64,000 nucleotides of DNA from Escherichia coli (GCF_003018235.1 NZ_CP027437.1); one strand, 5' to 3'. Counted from the first letter of the stretch, positions 41,707 through 56,602 are shown. The notes: generated from the sequence alone by a model not told the origin. Made by a program: numbers and translations.

Positions 41707-42852
41707 TCAATTTTTAATTCCCTGACCTATTTTAATGGCGCAGGCAATATTTCGTGCGCTGTTGAAGAGATTGGTTTCACCGCTGGCGAGCACTTCGGCT
41801 AAAGGTGCCAGACGTGGCAAAATGCTGAACACCGCGTCAATGCCGTACTGGTGCACCACTTCCACGCCATCACCCAATACGCCAGCAATCCCAATCACCG
41901 GGACATTAAACTGCTTCGCCACCGACGCCACGCCCAGCGGCGCTTTACCACCTGCCGTTTGCGAATCGATGCGCCCTTCCCCGGTGATCACCAGCGCTGC
42001 GCCCTGCACCGCCTGCTCCAGGTTGACCGCCCGCAGTACAATCTCAATACCCGGTTTAATATCCGCATTGAGGAATACCGCCGCCGCAATACCCATCCCG
42101 CCCGCCGCGCCGCCGCCCGCCATCTGGCAGACATTAATTTCAGTTTGCTGTTGTAAAACACGGGCGTAATTTTGCAGCCCCTGCTCCAGCTCTTCGACCA
42201 TTTCCGGCGTTGCCCCTTTTTGCGGGCCAAACACCGCCGCCGCGCCGCGTGCCCCTACCAGCGGGTTATCAACGTCACATGCGACTTCAATATGGCAGTT
42301 CGCCAGACGCGGATCGCATTCCTCCATCTCAATGCTTGCCACGCGCGCTAAATTGCCGCCGTTAGCCGCCAGCACCTGACCGTCGGCATCAAAGAAACGC
42401 ACACCGAGCGCCTGCGCCATGCCCATACCGCCGTCGACCGTCGCGCTACCACCAATGCCGAGAATAATATGGCGAATGCCGTTATCCAGCGCATGGCGAA
42501 TTAACTCCCCCGTACCAAAACTGGAGGCCAGCAACGGATTACGCTTTTCAGGCGCGACCAGCATCAGACCACTTGCTGCCGCCATCTCAATCACCGCTGT
42601 TTTCCCGTCGCCGGTAAGGCCATAAAAAGCATTCACTTTTTCGCCCATCGGCCCGCAGACTTCAAGCGTCACGATGTTGCCGCCCGTCGCGGCGACCATC
42701 GCATCCACCGTCCCTTCGCCGCCATCCGCTATCGGCAAACAGATATAGTTCGCATCGGGAAAGAGGGTCGAAAACCCGGCTTTAATTGCCTGACAACATT
42801 TTTCTGCACTTAAGCTCTCTTTAAAAGAGTCTGGCGCAATGACAATCTTCAT
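41707..42852 (-). CDS. glxK: glycerate 2-kinase GlxK
   Basis: 381 aa glycerate kinase ([20 protein letters not shown]...). Confidence 0.9.
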   Translation of the reverse strand: MKIVIAPDSFKESLSAEKCCQAIKAGFSTLFPDANYICLPIADGGEGTVDAMVAATGGNIVTLEVCGPMGEKVNAFYGLTGDGKTAVIEMAAASGLMLVAPEKRNPLLASSFGTGELIRHALDNGIRHIILGIGGSATVDGGMGMAQALGVRFFDADGQVLAANGGNLARVASIEMEECDPRLANCHIEVACDVDNPLVGARGAAAVFGPQKGATPEMVEELEQGLQNYARVLQQQTEINVCQMAGGGAAGGMGIAAAVFLNADIKPGIEIVLRAVNLEQAVQGAALVITGEGRIDSQTAGGKAPLGVASVAKQFNVPVIGIAGVLGDGVEVVHQYGIDAVFSILPRLAPLAEVLASGETNLFNSARNIACAIKIGQGIKN

Positions 42853-42873
42853 TATCAATCCTTTTTCAACAAA

Positions 42874-44175
42874 TTATTCGATGCGTTCCCACGGAATAAG
42901 ATTATCCATAAGAACAGCCAGTAAAATTCCGACCAGTAAGCCGTTACTGAGCAGAGGACGAAGCGTTAATGGAAGGTCTTGCAGATACACAGGCGGTAAT
43001 GCCATTAAAAATATGCCGACAAATAACGGCAATGCGAGTCGATAAATATTGCGAGCGGTAAACGTGATTTGCTGGCTAAACACCAGCGCGGAAAAGAGTA
43101 AAGGCAGATAAGAAACCAGCATGACCGCGCTACTCACTGGTAAGGGGATACTGCAAAACAGACGCGTGAGTGCCGGAACCAGCGCCACCAGCAGGCAAAT
43201 AACGCTGCCATAAATAAACGAACGCCGCGTGTAATCGCCAGTCTGGGTTAATAAACCAATGGATGAAACAAACGGTGAAAATGGAATTACCGCCAGCGGC
43301 ACGGTTATCAGCGTCATAAATCCGGTCGCCACAAAGCTGCGACGATAACGCGTATTCCCCGCGCCCTGTTGCGGATAAAAAACATCCGTGCCACGAATCG
43401 CACCGTAGGTATTGCTGATATTTACCAGACCTGTAATCACCGCCGTCAGAATAATCCCCGGCGACAAAGCACCGCCACTGCCGAGCGGGAACCACTGCCA
43501 GTGCAACTCACCGGAGAGCGAATGCGAAGAAGGAAAGCAAAAGTACCACAACAACCAGCCGGTTATCGTACCGACCAGCAGGCCATAACGGGCAAAACGT
43601 TGCGGCAGAAAGATAATCATCGCCAGTACCAGGCACATCACCGCCACCGAGAGCGCGAACGGTGGTAACTGAATTTTAAAATTTGGGTCGGCTATGCCAA
43701 ACGGCAGCCCGAGCATACCTTTGAAAAAGATAGTGGTCAGCTGCGCGCCCAGCATCAACATAAACAAGACCATCACCGACGGCGTAAATAACCGCGCCAG
43801 ACGATGACCTAATCCGCTAAAACCAATCAACATCGTCAACACGCCAGAGAGCGCAATCCCCACCGCCAGGCTGGTAGCGATATCGTTGATCGGTGTCCCG
43901 CGCGATGCTTCGCCAAGGGTGATAGTAAGGATGGTTCCCCACCACAGGCCACCCGGCCCTTCCATAATAGCGCGACGATGACCGCAGAACGCCTGAGCGA
44001 AGCAGGCCAGTGCGGTAGCAAGAAAAGCATATTGCGTGAGCGTAAGCAGGCTGCTTTGCGGCAACTGAAAAGCAGAAAGTAGCGTAGGAGGAACCACAAC
44101 AGTGTTGCAAAAAATAAAGAAAAACCACTGAAATCCTGATAACAGGCTTTCGCGGCTGACTGCAAAATTGAACAT
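42874..44175 (-). CDS. ybbY: putative purine/uracil permease YbbY
   Basis: 433 aa polytopic NCS2-family membrane protein. Confidence 0.8.
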   Translation of the reverse strand: MFNFAVSRESLLSGFQWFFFIFCNTVVVPPTLLSAFQLPQSSLLTLTQYAFLATALACFAQAFCGHRRAIMEGPGGLWWGTILTITLGEASRGTPINDIATSLAVGIALSGVLTMLIGFSGLGHRLARLFTPSVMVLFMLMLGAQLTTIFFKGMLGLPFGIADPNFKIQLPPFALSVAVMCLVLAMIIFLPQRFARYGLLVGTITGWLLWYFCFPSSHSLSGELHWQWFPLGSGGALSPGIILTAVITGLVNISNTYGAIRGTDVFYPQQGAGNTRYRRSFVATGFMTLITVPLAVIPFSPFVSSIGLLTQTGDYTRRSFIYGSVICLLVALVPALTRLFCSIPLPVSSAVMLVSYLPLLFSALVFSQQITFTARNIYRLALPLFVGIFLMALPPVYLQDLPLTLRPLLSNGLLVGILLAVLMDNLIPWERIE

Positions 44176-44231
44176 AAACACACCTTAACCGGAGAATGCC
44201 CGCCGCAAGGACGGGCATTGCAGGGGCCAGA

Positions 44232-45593
44232 TTACTGCTGATGTTTAAGGATAAATTGACCTTTCGGCGCAACAGGGAAGCCCTGTTCAATGTCGTAAAT
44301 CACATCACCACGTAAGATGGTTTTCGTGATACGCGCGCCAATGGTACGGCCAACATACGGGCTGACTTTGTGGCGATATTCCAGATCGTCATTGGTAAGA
44401 ACATAGCTGCTATTCGGCTGAATGAAGACGAAGTCGGCATCTTTTCCTGGGGCGATACGGCCTTTTTGCTGCAGACCGAAAATATCTGCTGCGTTAGTCG
44501 CCATTAATTTGCCGAACATTGGCAGAGACATTCCGCGTTTCTGTACCGCTTCATCGAACATCACGTCCATACAGTTTTGCAGACCGGCAATACCGCCCCA
44601 TGCTTCCATGATGTTGCCGGCTTTCATTTCCGGAGGGCATGGTGAGTGGTCGGAAACCAGGCAGTCGATTTCACCGTTAAATAGTTTTTCCCACATGCCT
44701 TTCTGGTTTTCCAGATCGCGGATCGGCGGAGAACACTTCGCCAGAGTACCGATTTCTTCGAACTGATCGGTATCCAGTACAAAGTAATGCGGGCAGGATT
44801 CACAGGTAACATCCTGACCTTCCTGACGTGCACGAGTCACTTCCTCAACGCCTTCCGGGCTGCTGATATGGCAAACGTGCAGACGGCAACCAGCAACTTT
44901 CGCCAGATACAGCACGCGGCGAATCGCTTCCACTTCGGTAAATACCGGACGCGAAGCCACATAGTCATGTGCGGTTACGCGACCTTCACGTTTCGCTTCT
45001 TCGCCAAGTTCGTCACAGATCAGCGCGTTTTCGCAGTGCACCAGCACCGGCTGTCCCAGTTCGCCCAGCTTCTGCGCACCTTTGAAGAACTGCCAGTCAT
45101 TGACGTCACGGAAGTCGTTGTCGATACCGCGATCGCCACAGGTCGCAACGAAGCATTTGAAGCCGACAACGCCCACTTCATCCAGCTCATGCAGACGGTC
45201 GATGTTGTAAGACACCAGGCCACCGAGTTGTGCCGCATCGATAGTCAGCTTGCCTTTAGCGGCATCGAACTTCAGTTCAATCGATGCGCGGTCAACCGTT
45301 GCAGGCAGCTGGTTGAGCGGCATTTCGATCATGGTGGTGATACCACCTTTTGCCGCTGCGCGAGTACCGGTTTCATAACCTTCCCAGTGGCTACGACCCG
45401 GCTCAGAAATATGGGTGTGCGCATCAACCATGCCTGGAGAAACCACCAGACCAGACGCATCCATAACTTCTTTTGCATCGCCCAGATCCTGACCGATAGC
45501 AGCAATTTTTCCGCCTTTAACGGCGATATCTACAACGCGAGCTTCGTTTTCTAAAATAACGGTGCCGTTTTTAATGATTAAATCAAAAGACAT
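44232..45593 (-). CDS. allB: allantoinase AllB
   Basis: 453 aa amidohydrolase from [15 protein letters not shown]; metal-binding HxH. Confidence 0.9.
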   Translation of the reverse strand: MSFDLIIKNGTVILENEARVVDIAVKGGKIAAIGQDLGDAKEVMDASGLVVSPGMVDAHTHISEPGRSHWEGYETGTRAAAKGGITTMIEMPLNQLPATVDRASIELKFDAAKGKLTIDAAQLGGLVSYNIDRLHELDEVGVVGFKCFVATCGDRGIDNDFRDVNDWQFFKGAQKLGELGQPVLVHCENALICDELGEEAKREGRVTAHDYVASRPVFTEVEAIRRVLYLAKVAGCRLHVCHISSPEGVEEVTRARQEGQDVTCESCPHYFVLDTDQFEEIGTLAKCSPPIRDLENQKGMWEKLFNGEIDCLVSDHSPCPPEMKAGNIMEAWGGIAGLQNCMDVMFDEAVQKRGMSLPMFGKLMATNAADIFGLQQKGRIAPGKDADFVFIQPNSSYVLTNDDLEYRHKVSPYVGRTIGARITKTILRGDVIYDIEQGFPVAPKGQFILKHQQ

Positions 45594-45653
45594 AACAAAC
45601 TCCTTGTAAAATACAGATTGGTTTTTTAACTCAATGTTCAATATCGGGATTAA

Positions 45654-47108
45654 TTAACCTGTGACTTTTTGTTCTCCTGTTTTTTCTGCTGTAGTACGTT
45701 TCTTTAATAAGGCGTAGGCCGCAAAGGCGACGATGACGCCGACAAACCATGAAACACGAGATAACGGTTCCATAAAGGGAATAAACTTACCGCCAAGAGA
45801 TAAAATAACGGCCACCAGAGTTACTGAAAACGCAGTGAGGTTAAAACCGTTATCGTAATATTTATAATCGCCAGGTGCGGTGTACAGTTCATCAAGATTA
45901 ATTTGCCCACGCATCACTACAAAATAATGCGCCATCATGACACCAATTACCGGGCCAAGCATTCCGCCGATAATATCGAGGAACAGATAAATACTGTCCT
46001 GATTTTCCATTAATTTCCACGGGCAGATCAGCAGGCTGATAATACTGGCAATCAGTACGCCGTTTTTATAGGTCAGTTTCGTCGGTGCAATAGCGGCAAT
46101 CTGATAACCGGCCGGAATAATATTACCGGTGGCGTTAGTGGAGATAGTTGTCATCAGAATAACCAGTACCGCAAAGAACGAGGCGAACAGGCTGTCCCAA
46201 CGCTGAACAATATCCAGCACGTTCCAGGTATCAGCGCCGTAGTGAATACTGGCTCCGGCAATAATACATACCCCGGCGACCGCAAACAGAATATAGGCCA
46301 CAACTAAACCCAGCGTTTGCCCCAGCGCTTGCTCACGAAACGAGTGGGCGTTTTGCGTAAAGTCGGATGCGCTCACCGCCGGTGCCGCCCAGACCGCAAC
46401 TACCGCGTTAATCACCACCAGGAACAGGAAGCCACTGTTTTCTGCTTTCTGAATACCGCTCGGAATGTAGTCAAAGATTGGACCGAGCCCGACCAGCGAA
46501 ATCGCCCAAATCGCCATACCGCCGAAAACGATATAGATGCACGGGTTAAGAATGGCAGTGAATTTATTTAAAACTTTGCCACCGCCAAAACCTATACCAA
46601 CGTTGACCAGCCAGAAGAGTAAGAAAGTAATTAAGCCCGGTAGAGAAAGGCCTAACAGAGTGAAATCATCACCGAGAGTTAAAAATCCCGGCCAGATTTT
46701 GCCAATCAGGATCAAGCAGGCCAGCGATCCAGCGTAACATTGCAGGCCAAACCACATAATGGCAGCAATCCCGCCTCTTAATAATCCGGGAAACAGTGCA
46801 CCACGTACGCCGTAAGAAGCACGCAGGATCATGGCAAAAGGCACACCGTATTTACTGCCCGCAGCACCGTTTAATACCATTACCGCGGCAATGAAAAAGG
46901 CGCTGAGGATAATTGCCAGCATAATACTAAAGGTAGACAAGCCGAGAATAAAAAAGCCGCCGACCATCACATAATTGGGAACGTTATGAACCGAACCCAT
47001 CCATAAGGTAAAATAGTTAAATGTTTTCCAGGTCCGCTGGCTTTGCGTTTTCGGCAATAGATCTTCGCTATAGCCGCGTTGCTGGAATAGTTTTCTCTGA
47101 TGTTCCAT
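45654..47108 (-). CDS. ybbW: allantoin permease YbbW
   Basis: 484 aa NCS1-family transporter. Confidence 0.85.
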   Translation of the reverse strand: MEHQRKLFQQRGYSEDLLPKTQSQRTWKTFNYFTLWMGSVHNVPNYVMVGGFFILGLSTFSIMLAIILSAFFIAAVMVLNGAAGSKYGVPFAMILRASYGVRGALFPGLLRGGIAAIMWFGLQCYAGSLACLILIGKIWPGFLTLGDDFTLLGLSLPGLITFLLFWLVNVGIGFGGGKVLNKFTAILNPCIYIVFGGMAIWAISLVGLGPIFDYIPSGIQKAENSGFLFLVVINAVVAVWAAPAVSASDFTQNAHSFREQALGQTLGLVVAYILFAVAGVCIIAGASIHYGADTWNVLDIVQRWDSLFASFFAVLVILMTTISTNATGNIIPAGYQIAAIAPTKLTYKNGVLIASIISLLICPWKLMENQDSIYLFLDIIGGMLGPVIGVMMAHYFVVMRGQINLDELYTAPGDYKYYDNGFNLTAFSVTLVAVILSLGGKFIPFMEPLSRVSWFVGVIVAFAAYALLKKRTTAEKTGEQKVTG

Positions 47109-47277
47109 AAATCCCTCTTAATTTCACGTATCGAATAACGTCTTTTTAATCTAGCTATGAGGAACAAATAAAATAAAAATATTATTTTTAATACTGAAGC
47201 AACATCTTTGGCTGCTTTCTTTTTTTAATATTGCTGGCCGATTCATTTTCTGATATCGGCCATTTTTATTGCGGGTA

Positions 47278-48156
47278 TCAGGCCAGTTTATGGTTAGCCA
47301 TTAATTCCAGCGCCTGCACTAACGCAGAGTGATCCAACTGGCTGCCACCGTTTGCCGCACAGGTATTAAACAATTCCTGGCAGGTCGCGGTGTTTGGCAG
47401 GTTCAGCGCCAGTGCTTTCGCACTTTGCAGTGCCAGGTTGAGATCTTTCTGGTGCAGCGCAATTTTAAAACCTGGATTAAAGGTGCGTTTAATCATGCGC
47501 TCACCGTGAACTTCCAGAATACGTGAGGAAGCAAAGCCGCCCATCAGCGCCTGGCGCACACGTACCGGATCTGCACCGGCTTTTGAAGCAAACAGCAGGG
47601 CTTCAGAAACCGCTTCAATATTGAGCGCCACGATAATCTGATTTGCCACTTTGCAGGTTTGACCGTCGCCGTTACCGCCCACGAGGGTGATATTTTTACC
47701 GAGCAGTTCAAACAGCGGTTTAACACGTTCAAATACCGCTTCGTCACCGCCAACCATAATCGACAACGTCCCTTCACGCGCGCCGATTTCACCGCCGGAG
47801 ACTGGCGCATCGAGATAATCGCCGCCCAGTTCATTCACCTGACGAGCGAAACGCTTAGTTTCAATCGGGGAAATGGAGCTCATATCAACAATGGTTTTGC
47901 CCTTCAGCGAGGCTTTGGTACAACCATTTTCACCGAACAGAACTTCTTCAACCTGTGGCGTATCCGGCACCATAATAAAAATGATGTCCGATGCTTCCGT
48001 TACCTGGCGCGCAGTTTCAACACTGACGGCACCCAGTGACAGTAATTCATCAGCAACCGGACCAATGGTTGTGACATGCAGTTGATGACCGGCACGCGAC
48101 AGATTAATGGCCATCGGTGTACCCATAATGCCTAAGCCAATAAATCCCAGTTTCAT
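47278..48156 (-). CDS. glxR: tartronate semialdehyde reductase GlxR
   Basis: 292 aa, NAD-binding GLGIMG motif at N-terminus. Confidence 0.9.
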   Translation of the reverse strand: MKLGFIGLGIMGTPMAINLSRAGHQLHVTTIGPVADELLSLGAVSVETARQVTEASDIIFIMVPDTPQVEEVLFGENGCTKASLKGKTIVDMSSISPIETKRFARQVNELGGDYLDAPVSGGEIGAREGTLSIMVGGDEAVFERVKPLFELLGKNITLVGGNGDGQTCKVANQIIVALNIEAVSEALLFASKAGADPVRVRQALMGGFASSRILEVHGERMIKRTFNPGFKIALHQKDLNLALQSAKALALNLPNTATCQELFNTCAANGGSQLDHSALVQALELMANHKLA

Positions 48157-48255
48157 AATTAACCTCTTTTAAATTTCGCTTTTCCTGAATTCAGACAACA
48201 CGATCCCCTGCCAACTTAGCGGCCTAAAAAAGCATTGTCTGAATAGCGTTACGTT

Positions 48256-49032
48256 TTAACGGTACGGATCCATCCAGCGTAAACCGGCTTCCGTGGTGGT
48301 TTGGGGTTTATATTCACACCCAACCCAACCGTTGTAGTCAGAATTTTCGATTACCTTAAAGAGATAATCATAATTAATTTCTCCGGTTCCCGGTTCGCCG
48401 CGATGCGGATTATCAGCAATTTGCAGGTGACCAATTTTATCGGCCCACTGAGTCATGGTATTAGTTAATTCACCTTCCATCCGCTGCATGTGATAAATGT
48501 CATACTGAATTTTCAAATTGCAGCAACCAACATCGTCAATCAGTTTCAGTGCCTGCCGAGTTCCGGTGAGATGGAAACCAGGAATATCAAAATGGTTAAT
48601 AGGTTCAATCAGTAATAAAATATCTTCTTTCATCAGCATATTCGCGGCATAACGCAGGTTTTCTACAAGCGTTGTGTGAATCTGTTCACTGCTGAAACCA
48701 GCCGGCGTTTTACCGACCAGACAGTTAATTTTTTTATTACCCAGCGCACGAGCATAACGAATCGCTGCTGCTACGCCATCCCGAAACTCTTCTTCACGAC
48801 CAGGAATACAAGCAATACCCCGCTCGCCCGCCGCCCAGTCACCTGCCGGTAAATTGTGCAACGTATGTTCGAGTTTATTACTCGCCAGCACCTGTTTTAA
48901 TTCTTCAATGTCATAGTCATAAGGGAACATAAATTCAACGCCGCGAAAACCACACTGCGCAGCTTTCTCAAAACGGGCGAGAAAATCATATTCACCAAAT
49001 AACATCGATAAATTAGCAGAGAAACGTAACAT
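48256..49032 (-). CDS. hyi: hydroxypyruvate isomerase Hyi
   Basis: 258 aa TIM-barrel isomerase. Confidence 0.9.
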   Translation of the reverse strand: MLRFSANLSMLFGEYDFLARFEKAAQCGFRGVEFMFPYDYDIEELKQVLASNKLEHTLHNLPAGDWAAGERGIACIPGREEEFRDGVAAAIRYARALGNKKINCLVGKTPAGFSSEQIHTTLVENLRYAANMLMKEDILLLIEPINHFDIPGFHLTGTRQALKLIDDVGCCNLKIQYDIYHMQRMEGELTNTMTQWADKIGHLQIADNPHRGEPGTGEINYDYLFKVIENSDYNGWVGCEYKPQTTTEAGLRWMDPYR

Positions 49033-49044
49033 TATTTATCTCCC

Positions 49045-50826
49045 TTATTCATAGTGCATGAAGCAGGTTTCAGTCGGTGCATCCACTGCGTTATCGGCGA
49101 TATCTTCAAATTCCATGACATTATCCAGTTCGCTGCCCATCGAAATATTGGTCACACGCTCGAGAATAACTTCCACGACTACCGGTACCCGATATTGCGC
49201 CATTAAGGCTTTCGCCTGTTCAAAGGCTGGTGCTATATCTTCCGGTTTGAAAACGCGAATCGCTTTACAACCTAAACCTTCCGCTACTTTTACGTGGTCG
49301 ACGCCGTAACCGTTCACTTCGCTGGAGTTAATATTTTCGAACGCGAGCTGTACGCAGTAATCCATATCAAACGCGCGCTGCGACTGGCGAATCAGACCCA
49401 GATAGGCGTTATTGACCAGTACATGGATGTACGGAATGTTGAACTGTGCGCCAACGGCTAATTCTTCAATCAGGAACTGGAAGTCGAAGTCACCGGAAAT
49501 CGCCACCACATTGCGCTCTGGATCAGCGGCACACACGCCCAGCGCCGCCGGAATGGTCCAGCCCAACGGGCCTGCCTGCCCACAGTTGATCCAGTGGCGG
49601 TCTTTAAAGACATGCAGCATTTGTGCCGCAGCGATTTGTGACAGACCAATGGTGGTGACATAACAAACATCGCGACCAAAGGCTTTGTTCATCTCTTCAT
49701 ACACGCGCTGCGGTTTCACCGGCACGTTGTCGAAGTGGGTTTTGCGCAGCAAAGTGCGTTTGCGCTGCTGGCAGTCGGCGACCCATTCTTTACGACACGG
49801 CAGACGACCCGCTTTTTGCATCTCCTGCGCCACTTCAACCAGCAGTGTCAGCGCCGCTTTAGCATCAGAGACAATGCCGAGATCCGGACACAGCACGCGG
49901 CCAATTTGCGTCGGCTCAATATCGATATGAACGATTTTGCGCCCTTCGGTGTATTTCTCTACCGAACCGGTATGACGGTTAGCAAAACGGTTACCGATAC
50001 CAAACACCATGTCGGACGCCAGCAACGTTGCGTTACCGTAACGATGCGCGGTTTGCAGACCCACCATCCCGGCCATCAGTTCATGATCGTCCGGGATACA
50101 GCCCCAGCCCATCAGCGTTGGGATCACCGGAACGCTGGTAAGTTCAGCAAACTGTTGTAACAGTGCAGCTGCGTCAGCATTAATTACCCCGCCCCCGGCA
50201 ACAATCACCGGACGTTCGGCCTGGATTAACATTTCTACCGCTTTTTCGATCTGCATACGGCTGGCAGCAGGTTTGTAGACCGGCAGCGGTTCGTACATGT
50301 CAGGATCAAACTCGATTTCCGCAACCTGAACGTCGAACGGTAAATCCACCAGTACCGGCCCCGGACGACCAGAACGCATCAGGTGAAATGCCTGTTGCAG
50401 CACGCGAGGCACCAGCGCCGCTTCACGAACTGTAACCGCCATTTTGCTGACCGGTTTAGCAATTGCTTCAATATCAACGGCCTGGAAATCTTCTTTATGC
50501 AGACGGGCGCGCGGAGCCTGGCCGGTAATACACAGAATAGGAATGGAATCAGCAGAAGCGGAATAGAGCGCGGTGATCATGTCCGTGCCTGCAGGACCGG
50601 AAGTCCCCAGACATACGCCGATATTCCCTGCCGTTGCGCGGGTATAACCTTCCGCCATGTGCGAAGCACCTTCCACATGACGCGCCAGAATGTGACGAAT
50701 ACCGCCGTGCTTACGCATCGCTGAGTAGAACGGATTGATTGCAGCTCCCGGAACGCCGAAGGCGGTGGTGATACCTTCTTTCTCCAGCACATACATTGCC
50801 GCGTCAACGGCTCTCATTTTTGCCAT
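49045..50826 (-). CDS. gcl: glyoxylate carboligase Gcl
   Basis: 593 aa ThDP enzyme from [21 protein letters not shown] (track ORF extends upstream). Confidence 0.95.
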   Translation of the reverse strand: MAKMRAVDAAMYVLEKEGITTAFGVPGAAINPFYSAMRKHGGIRHILARHVEGASHMAEGYTRATAGNIGVCLGTSGPAGTDMITALYSASADSIPILCITGQAPRARLHKEDFQAVDIEAIAKPVSKMAVTVREAALVPRVLQQAFHLMRSGRPGPVLVDLPFDVQVAEIEFDPDMYEPLPVYKPAASRMQIEKAVEMLIQAERPVIVAGGGVINADAAALLQQFAELTSVPVIPTLMGWGCIPDDHELMAGMVGLQTAHRYGNATLLASDMVFGIGNRFANRHTGSVEKYTEGRKIVHIDIEPTQIGRVLCPDLGIVSDAKAALTLLVEVAQEMQKAGRLPCRKEWVADCQQRKRTLLRKTHFDNVPVKPQRVYEEMNKAFGRDVCYVTTIGLSQIAAAQMLHVFKDRHWINCGQAGPLGWTIPAALGVCAADPERNVVAISGDFDFQFLIEELAVGAQFNIPYIHVLVNNAYLGLIRQSQRAFDMDYCVQLAFENINSSEVNGYGVDHVKVAEGLGCKAIRVFKPEDIAPAFEQAKALMAQYRVPVVVEVILERVTNISMGSELDNVMEFEDIADNAVDAPTETCFMHYE

Positions 50827-50847
50827 TTTATTCCTACCTCTATTAAT

Positions 50848-50864
50848 TGGAAAAATTTTCCAAC
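50848..50864. promoter_or_regulatory. AllR operator in gcl promoter
   Basis: Perfect palindrome TTGGAAAAATTTTCCAA about 25 nt upstream of gcl start. Confidence 0.6.
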
Positions 50865-50878
50865 TTTCAAATTTTGTC

Positions 50879-50905
50879 AAAAAAACCCGCTCCGCAGAGC
50901 GGGAT
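50879..50905 (-). terminator. rho-independent terminator after allR
   Basis: Minus strand hairpin CCCGCTCTGCGGAGCGGG followed by TTTTTTT. Confidence 0.6.
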
Positions 50906-50915
50906 GCGACAGACA

Positions 50916-51731
50916 CTATGGATGTGCTTTCAGTCCCAACGCCGTGCTGATATCGCGGGCGGTGTCTCTGACCAGCTCACCCTGACTGACAAAACGATCT
51001 TCTGTCAGTCTTGATGAAGGCCCGGAGATGGAGATAGCGGCAACAACACTACCTACATCATCGTAAATTGCTGAAGCTATACAATTCAGGCCTACAACAT
51101 GCTCTTCTTTATCTACGGTATAGCCCAGTTCACGCGCTTGTTCCAGGTCCTTCAGCAAGGTGGGCATATCCACAAGCGTCGTTGGCGTAAACTGCTGCAA
51201 ACCGGTTTGCAGAATGATGCTCATCAACTCCTCTTCCGCCAGCGGATAAAGCAGCGCCTTGCCCGCACCAGAAGCATGCAGCGGCAGACGACTGCCCAGC
51301 GGCGCACACATCCTGACCATCGATTTACACTCTAACTGACCAATTAATACTGCTTCATTGCCGTTACGAATCGCGACATTGACCGTTTCGCCGGAAAGTA
51401 ACATCAGGCGGCGCATAAACGGCCCGGCTACGGAGAGGACATCGCGGTTATGGATGTACGCCGCACCGACGTTAAAGACACCTAATCCTATATGCCACCA
51501 GCCTAACTGACTGTCCTGATAGACAAAATCCGCTGCCTGTAAAACCTTCAGCAAGCGAAAGGTCGTGGAGAGCGGCAAATCCAGATTGAGAGAAATATCG
51601 CTAACCGATGAACTTCCCCCACTTTTTTCCAGATATTGCAGAATCGCAATTCCCCGCTCTAACGCCTGTGCGCCCTTCTGTGCCACAGGCTCCGCCTGTC
51701 CTGGCCTGCCGCGCCGTCTAACTTCCGTCAT
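50916..51731 (-). CDS. allR: allantoin regulon repressor AllR (IclR family)
   Basis: 271 aa IclR-family regulator. Confidence 0.9.
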
Positions 51732-51808
51732 ACCTACGTTAACTCCGACCTACAAGTGAGCATAAACAATGAACAATTAGTTTATCTTATGCAAGTCGGT
51801 TGCAGGCG

Positions 51809-52291
51809 TCACGCAAAACAGAGTTCCTGTTCAGGAATACTTTCAACATCACAGTTGTCACTGCCGCCGCGATCGATGGTCAGAAAATCGGTGACGCGCT
51901 GCCAGGCGAAAAGTGGGTGATGCCAGACGTTACGATGGTAATTCACCCCCTGTTCACCGTTGGTGATAAACGCCCGCAGCGTTGACAGGTCTGGTTTGTC
52001 GTCACCTAACGCCACGACCACCACAAACACTTCACCTTTCATCGGGATAAAGGCCTGAGTGCCCAGCGGATGACGTTCGAGTTCGTGAATGGTCAGCGGC
52101 AGATTCGCCGGTTGCGCGCGGTTAATGCTGATGAGCGTACGGTCTTGCTCAAGAATCTCAACCAGCGCCAAATCGTGGTAACGCTCTACCAGACCATTGT
52201 TAATATGGAAAAAATCCCGTTGCTGCGTTTCGATTACATCGCCATAAGCACTAAAGGCTTCCTGACTTAACGGTAATACCTGAAGTTTCAT
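51809..52291 (-). CDS. allA: ureidoglycolate lyase AllA
   Basis: 160 aa cupin. Confidence 0.9.
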
Positions 52292-52397
52292 CTTTTTGTC
52301 CTTGTAACATAATTCCGTTCAACCACCGCCGACCGGTCAGCTTGGTTTCAATAACAGGCAATCTAAAACCTTAAGAGAACAACATCAACACAAAAGT

Positions 52398-52414
52398 TGG
52401 AATATTTTTCCAAA
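52398..52414. promoter_or_regulatory. AllR operator in allA-allS intergenic region
   Basis: Inverted repeat TTGGAATATTTTTCCAA. Confidence 0.55.
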
Positions 52415-52520
52415 ACTAGATTTAGTCCACAAATTGAACAGGGTTATCATGTAAAAATACTGATAAATCAGAGGATAAGAAAATCACGCAACTTGCGGAT
52501 TTAAAAGGGGATACCTGAAG

Positions 52521-53447
52521 ATGTTCGATCCAGAAACCTTGCGGACTTTCATTGCGGTTGCTGAAACAGGAAGTTTTTCAAAAGCGGCAGAACGATTATG
52601 TAAAACCACGGCGACAATCAGTTATCGCATTAAACTTCTGGAAGAGAATACCGGAGTAGCGCTGTTTTTCCGCACGACTCGCAGCGTGACATTGACAGCG
52701 GCTGGCGAGCATCTACTTTCCCAGGCCAGAGACTGGCTGAGCTGGCTGGAAAGTATGCCCAGCGAGCTGCAACAGGTGAATGATGGCGTGGAACGCCAGG
52801 TGAATATTGTCATCAACAACCTGCTCTACAACCCCCAGGCCGTCGCCCAGTTGCTGGCGTGGCTGAATGAACGTTACCCCTTTACCCAGTTTCACATCTC
52901 CCGACAAATCTATATGGGCGTCTGGGATTCGCTATTATACGAAGGTTTTTCACTGGCTATCGGCGTCACGGGAACCGAGGCGCTGGCAAATACCTTTAGT
53001 CTTGATCCCTTAGGATCGGTGCAATGGCGCTTTGTCATGGCGGCGGATCATCCGCTGGCGAACGTTGAAGAGCCGCTAACAGAAGCGCAGTTGCGGCGCT
53101 TTCCGGCGGTCAATATTGAAGACAGCGCCCGCACACTAACCAAACGCGTCGCCTGGCGATTGCCGGGGCAAAAAGAGATTATTGTTCCCGATATGGAAAC
53201 GAAAATCGCCGCCCATCTGGCGGGCGTTGGCATTGGTTTTTTGCCAAAATCACTTTGCCAGTCAATGATCGATAATCAACAACTGGTCAGCCGGGTAATC
53301 CCAACGATGCGCCCTCCTTCGCCATTGAGTCTGGCATGGCGCAAATTTGGCAGCGGCAAAGCGGTAGAAGATATTGTGACCTTGTTTACCCAGCGCAGGC
53401 CAGAAATCAGCGGATTTTTAGAAATTTTCGGCAACCCACGCAGTTAA
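52521..53447 (+). CDS. allS: LysR-type activator AllS
   Basis: 308 aa LysR family regulator. Confidence 0.9.
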
Positions 53448-53500
53448 AAATCAAGTTTCCTTGCGCGTTGGCGCGTAAAATAGCGCGCAAGCTGATTTGA

Positions 53501-54610
<1,110 letters not shown>

Positions 54611-54677
54611 TGGGCGGTATTCTGAAACGGCGATTGTCGTGAGAACAGAATGGTTGCACCAGAATACAGATATAAAA

Positions 54678-54710
54678 AAACCGACATGACAGTCGGTTTT
54701 TTTATTTTTT
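54678..54710 (+). terminator. selU terminator
   Basis: AAAAAAACCGACATGACAGTCGG followed by TTTTTTTATTTTTT. Confidence 0.55.
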
Positions 54711-55021
54711 CCGCCCAAGACTTGGTGGTTCCGGGCAGAAATGAAACAGTCCTCATCTAGCAAGTGAATTATAAGTCAGGATGCCTACATATTCAAACAG
54801 CTATGTTGGCGATACAATCCCGACGCTAGTAGTGATACTGCCTCAAGGGATTACCGCAGTGCGGAAAAGTACTTTTAAGTCCTGGTCAGGATACAGGTGG
54901 TGCTGATTCTGGTGCTCTAATTTGGAGAGAGGCAGTCCTCATCTAGCACATGAAGAAAATCATAGTTACAGGCAACGTAAGGGTAAGCTGTGATTGTCTT
55001 TCTCCCTTAAGGGAGCAACGG

Positions 55022-55105
55022 ATGAAAACTTTTCTCGATAAAGTTCTCATCGTTCTTAAGGCGCTAATCGCGCTGCTGGAACTGATTCGTCAGTTTATTG
55101 AATAA
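55022..55105 (+). CDS. DinQ/TisB-like small hydrophobic peptide (candidate type I toxin), 27 aa
   Basis: MKTFLDKVLIVLKALIALLELIRQFIE; single amphipathic TM helix; start codon preceded by hairpin CTCCCTTAAGGGAG; resembles recalled DinQ (ALIALLELIR core). Confidence 0.35.
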   Translation: MKTFLDKVLIVLKALIALLELIRQFIE

Positions 55106-55203
55106 CTGAGGAAACGTAGCTAAGGCCGAAGGTTTACCACCTTCGGCCTTTAAAAAAACCGACATGACAGTTGGTTTCATATTTATTGCCAAAATGCATA
55201 CTG

Positions 55204-55240
55204 TTCATGCCAGATGCGGCGTAAACGCCTTATCCGGCCT
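55204..55240. repeat. REP element
   Basis: GATGCGGCGTAAACGCCTTATCCGGCCTAC palindromic unit. Confidence 0.55.
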
Positions 55241-55277
55241 ACACAATCTTGCAAAATCAATATATTGCACGCTCTTC

Positions 55278-56571
<1,294 letters not shown>

Positions 56572-56602
56572 CGTAGCGCATCAGGCAATCTAACACCTGT
56601 CA

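Noticed and set aside
47109-47277. Possible small RNA or terminator hairpin (GGCCGAT...ATCGGCC) between ybbW and glxR
   Set aside because: A single hairpin without a clear T-tract on the strand that would terminate either flanking gene; insufficient evidence.
54780-55020. LexA box upstream of the DinQ-like ORF
   Set aside because: No sequence fitting CTGT-N8-ACAG well; the best candidates have wrong spacing, so SOS control is not supported by sequence.
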